DNA of 64,000 bases from an uncultured delta proteobacterium (GCA_963737905.1 CAVTUQ010000029.1:32001-96000), one strand, 5' to 3'; positions 50,787-62,413 are shown, numbered from the stretch's first letter. Translations and numbers: made by a program. The notes: a model not told the origin generated them from the letters alone.

Positions 50787-51641
50787 ATGAAACAGCTAAC
50801 AGCTAACGTGTTTGTGGAGACCGGACTCAAGGGCGCCAATCACGGCCTCGTGATGACTTCAGATGGCATTGTCTTGATCGACACGCCGCACAAGCCGAGC
50901 GATGCCGTGCGCCTCAGAGGAGAGATCGAGCGGCGCGGCCGGCTCCGCTACATCATCAACACCGAGCCTCACGGTGATCACTGGACTGGCAACGCGTTTT
51001 TCAACGTTCCTGTGGTTGCGCACGAAGGCGTGCGGTCCCGAATTCTGGGGACTGATCTGGCCGCGCATATTGCCCGCGTGGCATCGTTCGGACCCGACGA
51101 GCCGAAACTTCTGGAAAACTACAAACCCAATGCGCCGGTGATCACGTTTCAGAGCGAAATGACCTTGCACGTGGGCAATCACACGTTCCATATGATTCAC
51201 ATGCCCGGCCACACGCCGTACCAAGCAGCAGTGATCGTGCTGGAAGAGGGCATCGTCTTCACCAGCGACAACATCTTCTGCAAAGTACAGACCTGGCTCC
51301 AAGAAGCTAACCCGGACCATTGGCTGAAAGCGCTCGAATCGCTGCGAGCGCTGCGCGAGGAGACTTTTGTCCCCGGTCATGGACCGGTGTGCGATAAGAA
51401 ATATCTGGACGAACAAGGCTCGTTCATTCGCGAATGGGTAGATTATGTGCGCGGCGGGATCGAACGCGGGATGACCAAAGAAGAGTCCGTCGCCAACCTG
51501 ACGGCGATGACGGACAGGTATCCAATGGATGTCGGTCAAGACGGCATGTCACCCCACGTGATGCGTCTGAACGTCGCCAATCTTTACGACTACCTGACCG
51601 GTGCGGGGATCCACAAACGGGACAATAAGGGTGGGCAGTAA
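50787..51641 (+). CDS. Metallo-beta-lactamase fold hydrolase (cyclase-like)
   Basis: INTEPHGDHWTGN, PGHT, FTSD and VPGHG motifs. Confidence 0.9.
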   Translation: MKQLTANVFVETGLKGANHGLVMTSDGIVLIDTPHKPSDAVRLRGEIERRGRLRYIINTEPHGDHWTGNAFFNVPVVAHEGVRSRILGTDLAAHIARVASFGPDEPKLLENYKPNAPVITFQSEMTLHVGNHTFHMIHMPGHTPYQAAVIVLEEGIVFTSDNIFCKVQTWLQEANPDHWLKALESLRALREETFVPGHGPVCDKKYLDEQGSFIREWVDYVRGGIERGMTKEESVANLTAMTDRYPMDVGQDGMSPHVMRLNVANLYDYLTGAGIHKRDNKGGQ

Positions 51642-51677
51642 GCAGAGAGCGGTTAGCGGTAAAAAGGGAGACGACCT

Positions 51678-51968
51678 ATGAGTAAGAGAACGATTTGCCT
51701 TGCTCTAAGCGCTTTGCTCTTTGCACTTTGCTCGTCCGTCGAGGCACAGCAACCAGCGAACGTTCCGCGCATAGGCTTCATCAGTGCTACACCGATTTCC
51801 GCTATCCAGGCCCGCATCGAGGCATTCCGGCAGGGATTGCTCCAGGTCGGGTACCAGCAGGGGAAAAATATCTTCATCGAATATCGAGATGGTGAAGGAA
51901 AACCGGATCATATCCCGGTACTCGCGGCCGAGTTGGTGCGTCTCAAGGTAGACGTTATCGCCAGTTAA
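51678..51968 (+). pseudogene. Array copy 1: truncated ABC_sub_bind SBP
   Basis: Leader plus [25 protein letters not shown]. Confidence 0.8.
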
Positions 51969-52023
51969 CACTGGACAATGGCCGGTTATCAGTTGGAAGA
52001 ATAAGAGGAGTGAAAATGATGAA

Positions 52024-53011
52024 ATGGAAAAATCGCTTATCTGCTTACTGGCAACTCTCTTGCTGATAACTGTTTCGTCCGTCGGAGGCGCAGCAGTTAC
52101 CGACGAAAGTCGCCCGGATAGGATTCCTATCATTGCTGTCATCCCCGTCCGCTGCCGCGGCCCGCACGGAAGCTTTCCGGCAAGGTCTGCGCGAGCTTGG
52201 TTACGTTGAGGGGAAAAACATCGTCATTGAGTCGCGATATGCAGAGGGAAAACTCGATCGCCTTCCAGCGCTCGCGGCCGAATTGGTGCGTCTCAAGGTA
52301 GACATCATCGTCACGGCCGGTGGGCAAGCAACCCGCGCCGCCAAGGAAGCAACCCCTACGATTCCTATTGTCATGACGAACGATCCCGATCCCGTTGGCT
52401 CCGGGTTCGTCGCCAGTCTCGCGCGGCCTGGTGGAAACATTACTGGCTTGTCCACGCTTGCCCCGGAGTTAAGCGGAAAACGACTGGAGCTTCTCAGAGA
52501 GGTCGTCCCTAAGCTCTCTCGCGTGGCCATCGTCGGGACTTCAACCCAACCGGGCCACGCGCAAGCGATAAAAGAGCTGGAACTCGCCGCAAAGTCGTTC
52601 AAGGTGCAGATTCAATATTTAGATGTTTTAGAGTCCAAGGATATCGAAACTGCATTTCGAGCCGCAGCCAAGGGGCGGGCTGACGGAGTCCTCACGCTAA
52701 CGAGCCCCATCCTCCGTTCTCAGCGAGCACAGCTTGCAGACCTTGCGGTAAAGAACCGGATCCCCGCGATATACAACGACATCCAGTTTGTAGAAGCCGG
52801 GGGACTTATCTTCTACGGCGTGAGCTTTCTCGACTTGGACCGCCGCGCCGCCACGTATGTCGACAGAATTTTAAAGGGCGCCAAACCTGCTGATCTCCCC
52901 GTGGAGCAACCCACCAAGTTCGAGTTCATCATCAATCTGAAAGCCGCCAAGCAGATCGGCCTGACGATTCCGCCGAATGTGCTGGCGCGAGCGGACAAGG
53001 TCATAAGATGA
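52024..53011 (+). CDS. Array copy 2: ABC_sub_bind SBP (indels near 5' end)
   Basis: Leader ORF at 52024 plus body ORF 52133-53011. Confidence 0.85.
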
Positions 53012-53059
53012 CGAAGGGCCAAGCGCAGAGAGCAAAGAGCAAGAAACGGGAGAAACCTG

Positions 53060-54051
53060 ATGCGAAGAAACGATATTGTTTTTACGCTTAGCGCTATGCT
53101 CTTTGCGCTTTGCTCATCGCGCCGAAGCGCAGCAGCCGAAGAAAATCCCTGCGATCGAATACCTAACCGCTATCCCTCGTACCTCGCTCGGCGCAGCTCC
53201 CCGCATCGAGGCCTTCCGGCAGGGGTTGCGCGAGCTTGGTTACCTAGAAGGGAAAAACATTTTCATTGAGTGGCGATGGGCAGCGGGAAAACAAGATAGT
53301 CTGCCCGGACTTGCGGCCGAGCTCGTTGAGTCTCAAGGTAGACATCATCGTCTCAGGTGGTTCGACGGCAACCCAGGCCGCCAAGGATGCGACGAGCACG
53401 ATTCCCATTGTCATATCGCAGGACAACGATCCTTTGGCGAACAGGTTTGTCGCCAGTCTGGCCCGGCCCGGTGGAAACATCACCGGTCTGGCTACACTCA
53501 GATCTGAGGTGAGCGGAAAACACATGGAGATCCTTAAGGAGATCGTTCCGAAGCTCTCCCGCATCGCCGTGTTGGGAACTTCGAACAATCCGGGCAATGC
53601 CCAAGCGCTAAAAGAAATTGAACTCGCCGCTGATGCGCTCAATGTGCAGCTGCAAATCCTCGACGTTCTGCTTCCCAAAAACATCGAGGTTGCATTTCGC
53701 ACCGCAATCAAGGGGCGTGCCGACGGCATCCTCGCACTGGCGAGTCCCGTTTTGAATTCCCATCGAACCCAGGTTGTCGATCTCGCGGTCAAGAGCCGCC
53801 TTCCGGCGATCTATGACAGGCGAGAATTTATCGATGCCGGGGGGCTGATGACTTACGGCGTGAGCGTCGTTGATATGGACCGACGCGCTGCGGTCTTTGT
53901 CGACAAAATTTTGAAAGGCAGAACTCCGGCCGAACTTCCGGTAGAGCAGCCAACGAAGTTTGAATTCATCGTCAATCTCAAAGCCGCGAAAGCGATCGGC
54001 TTGATGATCCCGCCGAACGTGTTGGCGCGTGCGGACAAAGTAATTCGGTGA
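53060..54051 (+). CDS. Array copy 3: ABC_sub_bind SBP (frameshifted)
   Basis: Three overlapping frames (53060, 53076, 53266) reconstruct the full gene. Confidence 0.85.
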
Positions 54052-54111
54052 GAAGTAAAAAAATGAGACGTAAATAAAACGGAGAGCGCGGGCAAAATCG
54101 GGGGAGCGAAA

Positions 54112-55095
54112 ATGATGCGTAGACAAATCTTTGTTTGGTTACTGACCACTTTGTTACTGGCAACTGTTTCCGCCCACGCGCAGCAGCCGGCGAAAATTCC
54201 GCGAATTGGCTTTGAGTCCGACTCACCGGTGACGTCAATTGCCGCGCGAGTCGATGGATTCCGCCAGGGTCTGCGCGAGCTTGGTTACGTCGAGGGGAAG
54301 AACATTTTAATCGAGTGGCGCGCCGCAGAATTGAAGCCCGAGCGGCGCAGCGAGATCGCTGCCGAGCTGGTGCGTCTGAAAGTCGATCTTATCGTCTCGG
54401 CTGGGCCGACGATAACGCGCACTCTGAGGGAAGCGACGACGACGATACCGATTATTATGGCGCAAGATACCGATCCAGTTGGCAGCGGCTTCGTTGCAAG
54501 CTTGGCGAAACCCGGAGGTAACATTACGGGTTTTTCCGCTCTCTCACCGGAGATGAGCGGCAAACAATTGGAACTCATGAAAGAAATCATCCCCAAAATC
54601 TCGCGTGTAGCGGTGATTGGCAATTCGACCAATCCCGGTGACGCACAAGCACTGCGTGAGACTGTGCTAGCGGCGGGTGCATACGAAATCTATCTGCGAT
54701 ACCTGGAGGTCCAAGATGCCAAGGATGTCGAGCCGGTGCTGCGCTCCGCCGTCAAGGGGCGCGCCGACGCACTCATAGTGCTGGGCAATCCGATCCTCAA
54801 TCGCAATCGTCAACAAGTTGTCGATCTTGCCGCCAAGCTCCGCTTACAGGCGGCGTACGCGCGACCTGAGTTTGTCGAGGCGGGTGGTCTGATGACTTAC
54901 GGCACCAACTATCCCGAACTTTTCCGTCGCGCCGCTACTTATGTCGACAAAATATTAAAGGGCGCCCAGCCCGCCGATCTGCCCGTTGAACAACCGGAGA
55001 AGTTTGAGTTCATCGTCAATCTGAAAGCGGCAAAGCAGATTGGACTTACGATTGAGCCCAACGTGCTGGCGCGGGCGGATCGGGTGATTAGATGA
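54112..55095 (+). CDS. Array copy 4: ABC_sub_bind SBP, intact
   Basis: 327 aa with signal peptide and the shared tail. Confidence 0.92.
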   Translation: MMRRQIFVWLLTTLLLATVSAHAQQPAKIPRIGFESDSPVTSIAARVDGFRQGLRELGYVEGKNILIEWRAAELKPERRSEIAAELVRLKVDLIVSAGPTITRTLREATTTIPIIMAQDTDPVGSGFVASLAKPGGNITGFSALSPEMSGKQLELMKEIIPKISRVAVIGNSTNPGDAQALRETVLAAGAYEIYLRYLEVQDAKDVEPVLRSAVKGRADALIVLGNPILNRNRQQVVDLAAKLRLQAAYARPEFVEAGGLMTYGTNYPELFRRAATYVDKILKGAQPADLPVEQPEKFEFIVNLKAAKQIGLTIEPNVLARADRVIR

Positions 55096-55223
55096 AAGCG
55101 CTACGCGTGTTCCAATGGTTTCAAACGTTCGAATGGTGTTAGTACGGATTGGACAAACGCGTTGCGAGAGCGTGAAGCGGTGAGTGGAGGCCTGTCATTG
55201 TAAAGCAAACCCGGAGGGAACCG

Positions 55224-56204
55224 ATGCCGACACATGTTTTTCTCATTGTTTTAACCTTTGTCATTGCGCTTAGTCTCCCCGCCCAGGCGCAGCAGCCGGC
55301 GAAGGTCCCGCGGATCGGATACCTGAGTGGCGTTTCCCCTGCCGCAGAAGCCGCGCGCCGCGATGCGTTCAACCAGGGGCTGCGCGAGCTAGGCTATATC
55401 GAGGGCAAGAGCGTCGTCGTCGAATATCGCTATTAGGGGGAAAATCGGATCGCCTCGCTTCGTTGGTGGCGGAGCTGCTGCAGCTCAAGCCGGACATCAT
55501 CGTCACCGGCGGCAGTCCGTCGACGCGCGCCGCCAAGGCGGCGACCGCCACGATCCCTATTGTGATGACGAATGATCCCGATCCCGTAGCCAACGGATTA
55601 ATCGCTAGCCTGGCGCGACCAGGTGGCAACATCACGGGATTATCCACTCTCGCTCCGGAGCTGAGCGGCAAAAGATTGGAGAAATTAGGAGAAGTACGTT
55701 CCCAATCTTTCTCGCGTCGCCATCCTCGGGACCTCGACGAGCCCGGCCTACCGGCCCGTCAAGAAAGAGATCGATCTAGCCGCTAACGCTCTCAAGCTTC
55801 AGCTTGACTACCAAGACGTGTTGGATTTTAAGGATATCGAGTCTGCCTTTCGAGCCGCGGTCAAAGGGCGCGCCGACGCAGTCATGACACTCAACAGCGG
55901 GATCCTCAATTCCCAGCGAAGCCAGATCGTAAACCTCGCGGCAAAGCATCACTTTGCCACGATTTATACCCAGGCCGAATTCGTGGAAGTTGGCGGGCTG
56001 ATGTTCTACGGCGTGAACCTGGTCGATCTGTCGCGCCGCGCCGCAACCTATGTCGACAAGATTCTCAAAGGCGCCAGACCTGCCGACATTCCTGTCGAGC
56101 AAGCAAAGAGGTTCGAGTTCATCATCAATCTAAAGGCAGCGAAGCAGATCGGTCTGACGATCCCGCCCAACGTGCTGGCGAGAGCGGACAAGGTCATAAG
56201 ATAG
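55224..56204 (+). CDS. Array copy 5: ABC_sub_bind SBP (frameshifted)
   Basis: Fragments at 55224, 55463 and 55818. Confidence 0.85.
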
Positions 56205-56251
56205 CAAAGGGCCAAGCGCAGAGAGCAAAGAGCAGAAACGGGAGAAACCTC

Positions 56252-57236
56252 ATGCGAAGAAACGATATTGTTTTTACGCTTAGCGCTATGCTCTTTGCGC
56301 TTTGCTTTTCCGCTCAGGCGCAGCAACCGACGAAAGTCGCCCGGATAGGATTCCTACTTGCTGTCTCCCCGTCTGCTGCCGCGGCCCGCACGGAGGTTTT
56401 CCGGCAAGGTCTGCGCGAGCTTGGGTACGTGGAGGCGAAAAACATCGTCATTGAATCGCGATATGCAGAGGGAAATTTCGATCGCCTCCCGGCGCTCGCG
56501 GCCGAACTGGTGCGTCTCAAGGTAGACATCATCGTCACGGCCGGCGGGCAAGCAACCCGCGTCGCCAAGGAAGCAACCCCTACGATTCCCATTGTCATGA
56601 CGAACGATCCCGATCCCGTTGGCTCCGGGTTCGTCGCCAGTCTCGGGCGCCCGGGTGGAAACATTACTGGCTTGTCCACGCTTGCCCCGGAGTTAAGCGG
56701 AAAACGACTGGAGCTTCTCAGAGAGGTCGTTCCTAAGCTCTCCCGCGTTGCCATCGTCGGGACTTCAACCCAAGCGGGCCACGCGCAAGCGATAAAAGAG
56801 CTGGAACTCGCCGCAAAGGCGTTCAAGGTGCAGATTCAATATCTAGATGTTTTAAAGTCCAAGGATATCGAGACTGCATTTCGAGCCGCAGCCAAGGGGC
56901 GGGCTGACGGATTGCTCACGCTAACGAGCCCCATCCTCCGTTCTCAGCGAGCACAGCTTGCAGACCTTGCGGTGAAGAACCGGATCCCCGCGATATACAA
57001 CGACATCCAATTTGTGGAAGCTGGGGGACTTATCTTCTACGGCGTGAGCTTTCGCGACTTGGACCGGCGCGCTGCAACTTACGTGGACAAGATTCTCAAA
57101 GGGCGCTAAGCCCGCCGATCTTCCGGTCGAGCAACCGACGAAATTCGAGTTCATCATCAATCTGAAAGCCGCCAAGCAGATTGGCCTGACAATCCCGCCG
57201 AATGTGCTGGCGCGGGCGGACAGAGTCATTCGGTGA
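56252..57236 (+). CDS. Array copy 6: ABC_sub_bind SBP (frameshift near 57100); body nearly identical to copy 2
   Basis: ORF 56252-57109 plus tail ..ADRVIR* ending at 57236. Confidence 0.88.
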
Positions 57237-57290
57237 GGTGTGAGCCGACAGGATGAGGGGGCTAGGAGAACGAATGATGGGTCGAAATCA

Positions 57291-57689
57291 TCACACAATA
57301 CCCGACGCAATCGGCTCGAACGTCACTCTACGGGCGTGGTCGTTGAAACAAACCTCGAACTGGTTGAACACTCCGGTTCGGCCGAGAAGATTAAATCCAA
57401 CACCGAGCCGCTCAGAGAAACCGATCGGCGCCGTAATTTGCGTGCCGCCGATTTGGACTGGAAGATCGTGAATAAAAGTAGGAATATAGCTCCCGTCGCC
57501 AACCACGATCATCTGATGCCTGCCCGCGCGCCAATCGATACCGATGCGTGCCGCTTCATCGACGTTCAGCATGCTAAACGTCGCCCCAGAGTCAACAAAA
57601 ACCCAGAGCCTGTGGGCATGGATGGAGATGGGTACAATGGGCATCAAATAGCCCCGGTGACGCGTGTAAGGAAATTCTATAGCAGGCAC
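57291..57689 (-). CDS. Retropepsin-like (clan AA) aspartyl protease
   Basis: FVDSGATFS catalytic motif and NLLGR motif; 132 aa. Confidence 0.85.
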   Translation of the reverse strand: MPAIEFPYTRHRGYLMPIVPISIHAHRLWVFVDSGATFSMLNVDEAARIGIDWRAGRHQMIVVGDGSYIPTFIHDLPVQIGGTQITAPIGFSERLGVGFNLLGRTGVFNQFEVCFNDHARRVTFEPIASGIV

Positions 57690-57886
57690 GCCATGTCCTC
57701 TTCCCGCGGGACACGAAGCACGGATGGCATCTTGTTAGGTTCAATCTCACGCGCCTTGCTCTCCACTTCTTTTCCGGAATCCCCAACGGCCACCAAAGTC
57801 TCATTTACCACGGCGACATACTTTCCGGCATATTTCGTCACCAGCTCGCTGAAGTGGTCGACAATCCAAAGATCGTCTTTATCCAT
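57677..57886 (-). CDS. DUF5678-like small protein
   Basis: WIVDHFSELVTKYAGKYVAVVNETLVAVGDS..EV...A; overlaps the protease gene. Confidence 0.75.
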   Translation of the reverse strand: MDKDDLWIVDHFSELVTKYAGKYVAVVNETLVAVGDSGKEVESKAREIEPNKMPSVLRVPREEDMACLL

Positions 57887-57997
57887 CGTCTTTTCCCTTC
57901 TGCTCCAGACACTTTTCGACCTTAACTCTAAATTGTCTGCGGTCTGCGAGTCAACCTTATCTCGGGTCAATTGTAGCGATTTGATCGGGGTGAGTCC

Positions 57998-58990
57998 ATG
58001 AAGAGAACTATCCTGATTTTGGCATTCGGTTTTATTCTTATGATCGACTTCGTTTCCGCCGACGCGCAGCAGCCGAAGAAAGTCACCCGAATTGGGTATC
58101 TATCGTCGCAAGACCCAGCTTATGAGTCTGCCCGTGCCGAGGGGATTCGGCTGGCACTTCGCGAGCTCGGCTACATGGAAGGACAGAACATCGCCATCGA
58201 GTATCGGTATTCGGAGGGGAAGACCGATCGGGCTTCAGAGCTTGCGGCCGAGTTGGTGCGTCTCAACGTCGATATTATCGTGGTAGCAGGAGGGATCATA
58301 TGGATCAGGGCGGCCAAGAATGCAGCCAAGTCGATTCCCGTCGTCATGGCGGGCATTGGAAACGACCCTGTCGAAGCAGGCCTGATTGAAAGCCTTGCCC
58401 GTCCAGGCGGCAACGTCACAGGTCTTACAAACCTTACGGGAAAATTGGCTGGCAAGCGGCTGGATCTCCTCAAAGAAGCTGTTCCCAAGCTTGCCCGTGT
58501 CGCGGTTCTTTACCAACCCGCCACTCCGGCTAATGTGCTCGAGGTAAACGAGGATCTTCCAGTTGCGTCGCGTGTTCTGAAGTTGACGGTTCAGCCTTGG
58601 GAGGTACGAGCTGCGGAGGGTTTTGACGGGGTATTCGATGCGCTAAACAAGCAGCGCCCGGATGGACTCTACGTGGCGGGCAGCCCGCTCACAAATGCTA
58701 ACCAAAAACGGATCGCGGGATTGGCATTAAAGAGCCGGTTACCGTCGGTGTTTGCCGAGAGAGGAGCTGTAGACGCCGGTGGGCTCATGTACTACGGGGC
58801 GGACCTCGCAGACAGCTACCGGCGCGTCGCCTATTACGTGGACAGAATCTTGAAGGGCGCCAAGCCGGCTGATTTGCCTGTTGAGCAGCCAACGAAGTTC
58901 GAGTTGGTGATTAACCTCAAGACCGCGAAGCAGATCGGCGTAACGATTCCGCCGCAGCTGCTCGCCCGGGCGAGTAGGCTCATCAAGTGA
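57998..58990 (+). CDS. Array copy 7: ABC_sub_bind SBP, intact
   Basis: 330 aa; same subfamily as the 11083 and 14248 copies (QPWEVRA..KQRPDGLYV). Confidence 0.92.
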   Translation: MKRTILILAFGFILMIDFVSADAQQPKKVTRIGYLSSQDPAYESARAEGIRLALRELGYMEGQNIAIEYRYSEGKTDRASELAAELVRLNVDIIVVAGGIIWIRAAKNAAKSIPVVMAGIGNDPVEAGLIESLARPGGNVTGLTNLTGKLAGKRLDLLKEAVPKLARVAVLYQPATPANVLEVNEDLPVASRVLKLTVQPWEVRAAEGFDGVFDALNKQRPDGLYVAGSPLTNANQKRIAGLALKSRLPSVFAERGAVDAGGLMYYGADLADSYRRVAYYVDRILKGAKPADLPVEQPTKFELVINLKTAKQIGVTIPPQLLARASRLIK

Positions 58991-60008
58991 GAAGGGGTGA
59001 CAAAGTGGATCGAGGCATAGAAAAATACACGAAGAAAAAAGTCACGGTCGTTATTCTTTGCGCCATGCTCTTTGCGCTTTGCCCGCCCGCCGAGGCGCAG
59101 CAGCCGAAGAAAATCCCACGGATAGGTTACTTGGGTGCCTTCACCCCTTCCGCTGGCGCCTCCCTCCTTGAAGCTTTCCGCCAAGGGCTGCGCGAGCTTG
59201 GCTACGTGGAGGGCCGGAAGACTTCATTGATTACCGCTGGGCGGAGGGAACGCCCGATCGGTTCCCAGCCCTTGCCGACGAGCTGATCAATCTCAGGGTA
59301 GACGTGATCGTTACACAGAGCAACGCAGCGGTGGCAGCTCTTCAGCAGGCGACCCGAACCGTACCCATCGTCGTGGCGGGTATGGGCGATCCTGTTGAGA
59401 GCGGCTTCGTCGGCAGCCTCGCGCGGCCGGCCGGGAACATTACCGGCTTCTCAAATCAAGCCGAAGAGGTCGCAGGCAAATGGGTGGAGCTACTCAGGGA
59501 GGCCGTGCCCAAGATTCCCGCATCGCCGTCCTCGCAGTTTCCCAGACCTCGTCCCACCGCACCTATTGGGCACAGATCCAAGCGACGGCCCAAGCGTTGA
59601 AGGTGACTCCCCAGCGCCAAGAGGTGGTGGGACCGGACGAGATCGAGCACGCCTTCGCGAACCTCACCAAGGGCCATCCCCAGGGGCTCATCGTACTGCC
59701 GCATGCTGTCACCATCGAACGTCGAACGCAGATCGTGGACCTGTCAGCAAAGAACCGGCTGCCGGGGATGTACCCCTTTAGCTTGTTGTGGAGTCCGGTG
59801 GCCTCATGTCCTACGGGACGAACTTGGCTGACCTGCACCGGCGGGCCGCCACCTACGTGGGCAAGATTTTGAAAGGCGCGAAACCCGCAGACCTTCCGGT
59901 CGAGCGGCCAATAAGTTCGATTTCATCATTAATCTGAAAGCGGCCAAGCAGATCGGTCTCACGATCCCACCAAATGTACTGGCCAGAGCTGACAAAGTAA
60001 TTCGATGA
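58987..60008 (+). CDS. Array copy 8: ABC_sub_bind SBP (several frameshifts)
   Basis: Fragments at 58987, 59304 and 59480 plus tail ending in TGA at 60008; start uncertain. Confidence 0.8.
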
Positions 60009-61026
60009 AACATCGCAAAGCGCCTGCGGAGAAACGCCGGAGAAGTCATGGGAGAAAAGTCTTCATTGGCTTAACGCTCGGCGCCTTGCTTTTTGTCTTA
60101 TGCCCATGCGCCCATGCGCAACAGCAAGCCAGGATACCTAAGATCGGCTGGCTCTCAGCCCGCCGCGCTTCAAACACTGGCCAAGAAATTATCGTCCGTA
60201 TGCTGCGTGACCTCGGCTACGTTGAAGGCAAGAACGTAGTTTTCGAGTATCGATTCGCGGATGATAAGCTCGACCGGCTTCCCGCCCTTGCCGATGAGTT
60301 GGTCCGCCTCAAGGTCGATGTTCTCCTCACGCCCGGAACTCCCGGCGCCCTAGCTCTAAAAAAAGCTACCCGGACTATCCCCATCGTTTTTTTAGACGCC
60401 ACGGACCCCGTTGCGGCTGGACTGGTTGATAGCTTAGCTCGACCCGGGGGAAACATCACGGGGTTCAGCAGCATCGAGGCAATGTTGGCTGGCAAACGTC
60501 TCGAGTTACTCAAGGAAACCGTTTCGAAAATTTCTCGGGTTGCGGTCCTGTGGGATCCTCGGAATCCAGCCTCTATACAGGAATGGAAAGAGAGCCAACT
60601 CGCGGCCCGGGAACTCGGCCTGCAACTTCATTCTATGGAAGTAAGCAGCGCCGACAAATACCAGGACGCGTTCAAAGAGGCCATCAGGGCGCGTAGCGGC
60701 GCTCTTGCCGTGTTGTCGACCCCATTGGCCTCTTCCAATCAAGACCAGCTCGCGGAGCTGGCGGCGAGAAATCGGTTGCCGGCGATTTACGTCCAGGGAA
60801 GTTTTATTATCGATGGAGGTTTGATGTCCTATGGACCCGACCGCACCGAACGCTACAGGCGCATAGCGGTTTTTGTCGACAAAATTCTCAAAGGTACAAA
60901 ACCAGCCGATCTCCCGGTGGAGCAGCCGAACAAGTTCGAGTTCATCATAAATCTCAAAGCCGCAAAGCAGATCGGATTAACAATACCACCGAATGTATTA
61001 GCCAGAGCTGACAAAGTAATCCGATG
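60005..61026 (+). CDS. Array copy 9: ABC_sub_bind SBP, intact
   Basis: 340 aa; ATGA overlap with copy 8. Confidence 0.92.
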
Positions 61027-61033
61027 ATCGAAC

Positions 61034-61116
61034 AATCTAAAATCCAAAATCGAAAATCTAAAATAGTAGGGATTCCGCCGAACGTGTTGGCGAGGGCGGA
61101 TCGGGTCATAAGATGA
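61034..61116 (+). pseudogene. Heptamer repeat joined to an orphan SBP 3' tail ('empty site')
   Basis: aatctaaaatccaaaatcgaaaatctaaaat-agtaggg-ATTCCGCCGAACGTG..ATAAGATGA ([14 protein letters not shown]). Confidence 0.8.
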
Positions 61117-61162
61117 AAGTTACGATTTTCATTGTCGATTTTAGAGTGAGGGAGACAAAAAC

Positions 61163-62209
61163 ATGACTAAGAAAACTCGAGCGACGATCCGATGGGTTCC
61201 ATCCGACAATCGGAAATCTAAAATCGAAATCGAAAATGGTGGGGATCCTAGGCATCTTTTTCACTGTGTGCTTGTTAGCGCGGGGGTTCAAGCGCAGCAG
61301 CCAACCAAAGTGCCCCGGATAGGATATCTAAGTGGGGCCTCCTCTTCCACAATCGCGGCTCGCATCGAGGCATTCCGGCAAGGGCTGCGCGAGCTTGGTT
61401 ATATAGAAGGGAAAAACATTATCATCGAATGTCGATATGCAGAGGGAAAAGCTCGATCGCCTTCCGGCGCTCGCGGCCGAGCTAGTGCGTCTCAAAGTGG
61501 ACGTGCATCTGTCTGCCGGGGCAGCGGTCACCGGTCCTGCTAAGGAACGCCACGGAGACAATCCCTATTGTCATGGCTCAGGATACCGATCCTGTCGGAA
61601 ACGGGTTCGTCGCCAGCCTTGCGCGACCTGGCGGAAACATTACCGGACTCTCCTCCTATTCACCGGAGATAAACGGAAAACGAGTAGAGCTTCTTAAGGA
61701 GATCGTACCTAAGCTTTCCCGCTTAGCCGTGCTCGGGCAGTCAACCTATCCAGGCAACTCCCAAGCGTTAAAAGAAACGGAACTCGCCGCAGAAGCGCTG
61801 AAGTTACAGCTCCAATACCTAGACGTGTAAGATCCAAGGACATCGAGACGGCGTTTCGAGCAGCAAGCAAGACGCGTGCCGGCGGAGTCCTCGTGCTGCA
61901 GAACAATGTCCTCAATTCTCAGCGAAAACAAACTGTTGATCTCGCGATAAAGAACCGACTTCCGACGATCTACCACGTTCCAGAATTTTTGGAAGCGGAG
62001 GGCTGATAAGTTACGCGGCGAGCATCAACGACTTGTACCGGCGCTCCGCCACATACGTGGACAAGATTTTGAAAGGCGCCAAGCCTGCCGACCTCCCGGT
62101 GGAGCAGCCGATCAAGTTCGAGTTCGTCATCAATCTGAAAGCGGCCAAGCAGATTGGATTAACCATTCCACCCAACGTTTTGGCTAGAGCAGACAAAGTC
62201 ATAAGATGA
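61163..62209 (+). pseudogene. Array copy 10: ABC_sub_bind SBP (multiple frameshifts and stops)
   Basis: Fragments at 61163, 61437 and 61573 plus tail ending at 62209. Confidence 0.8.
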
Positions 62210-62326
62210 CGGTGAGTAGTGAGCAGAAAGCGGTGAGCAGCGGAAAACGCGGAAGGCAACCCACAAGTAAGAACGTCTTTTTTACTGGGACTTCAGGCAT
62301 TCCTGTGAAGTCGGACTCGGAGATTG

Positions 62327-62413
62327 CACCGCGAAGGCGCGGAGGACGCGGAGTAAAGAGTTCTTGATTAAAAAATTCTCCGATCTCTGCGAACTCGGCG
62401 CCTCTGTGGTGAA
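62327..62413. repeat. Inverted nonamer element CACCGCG..CGCGGAG / CTCTGCG..GTGGTG
   Basis: caccgcgaaggcgcggaggacgcggag ... ctctgcgaactcggcgcctctgtggtga. Confidence 0.75.
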
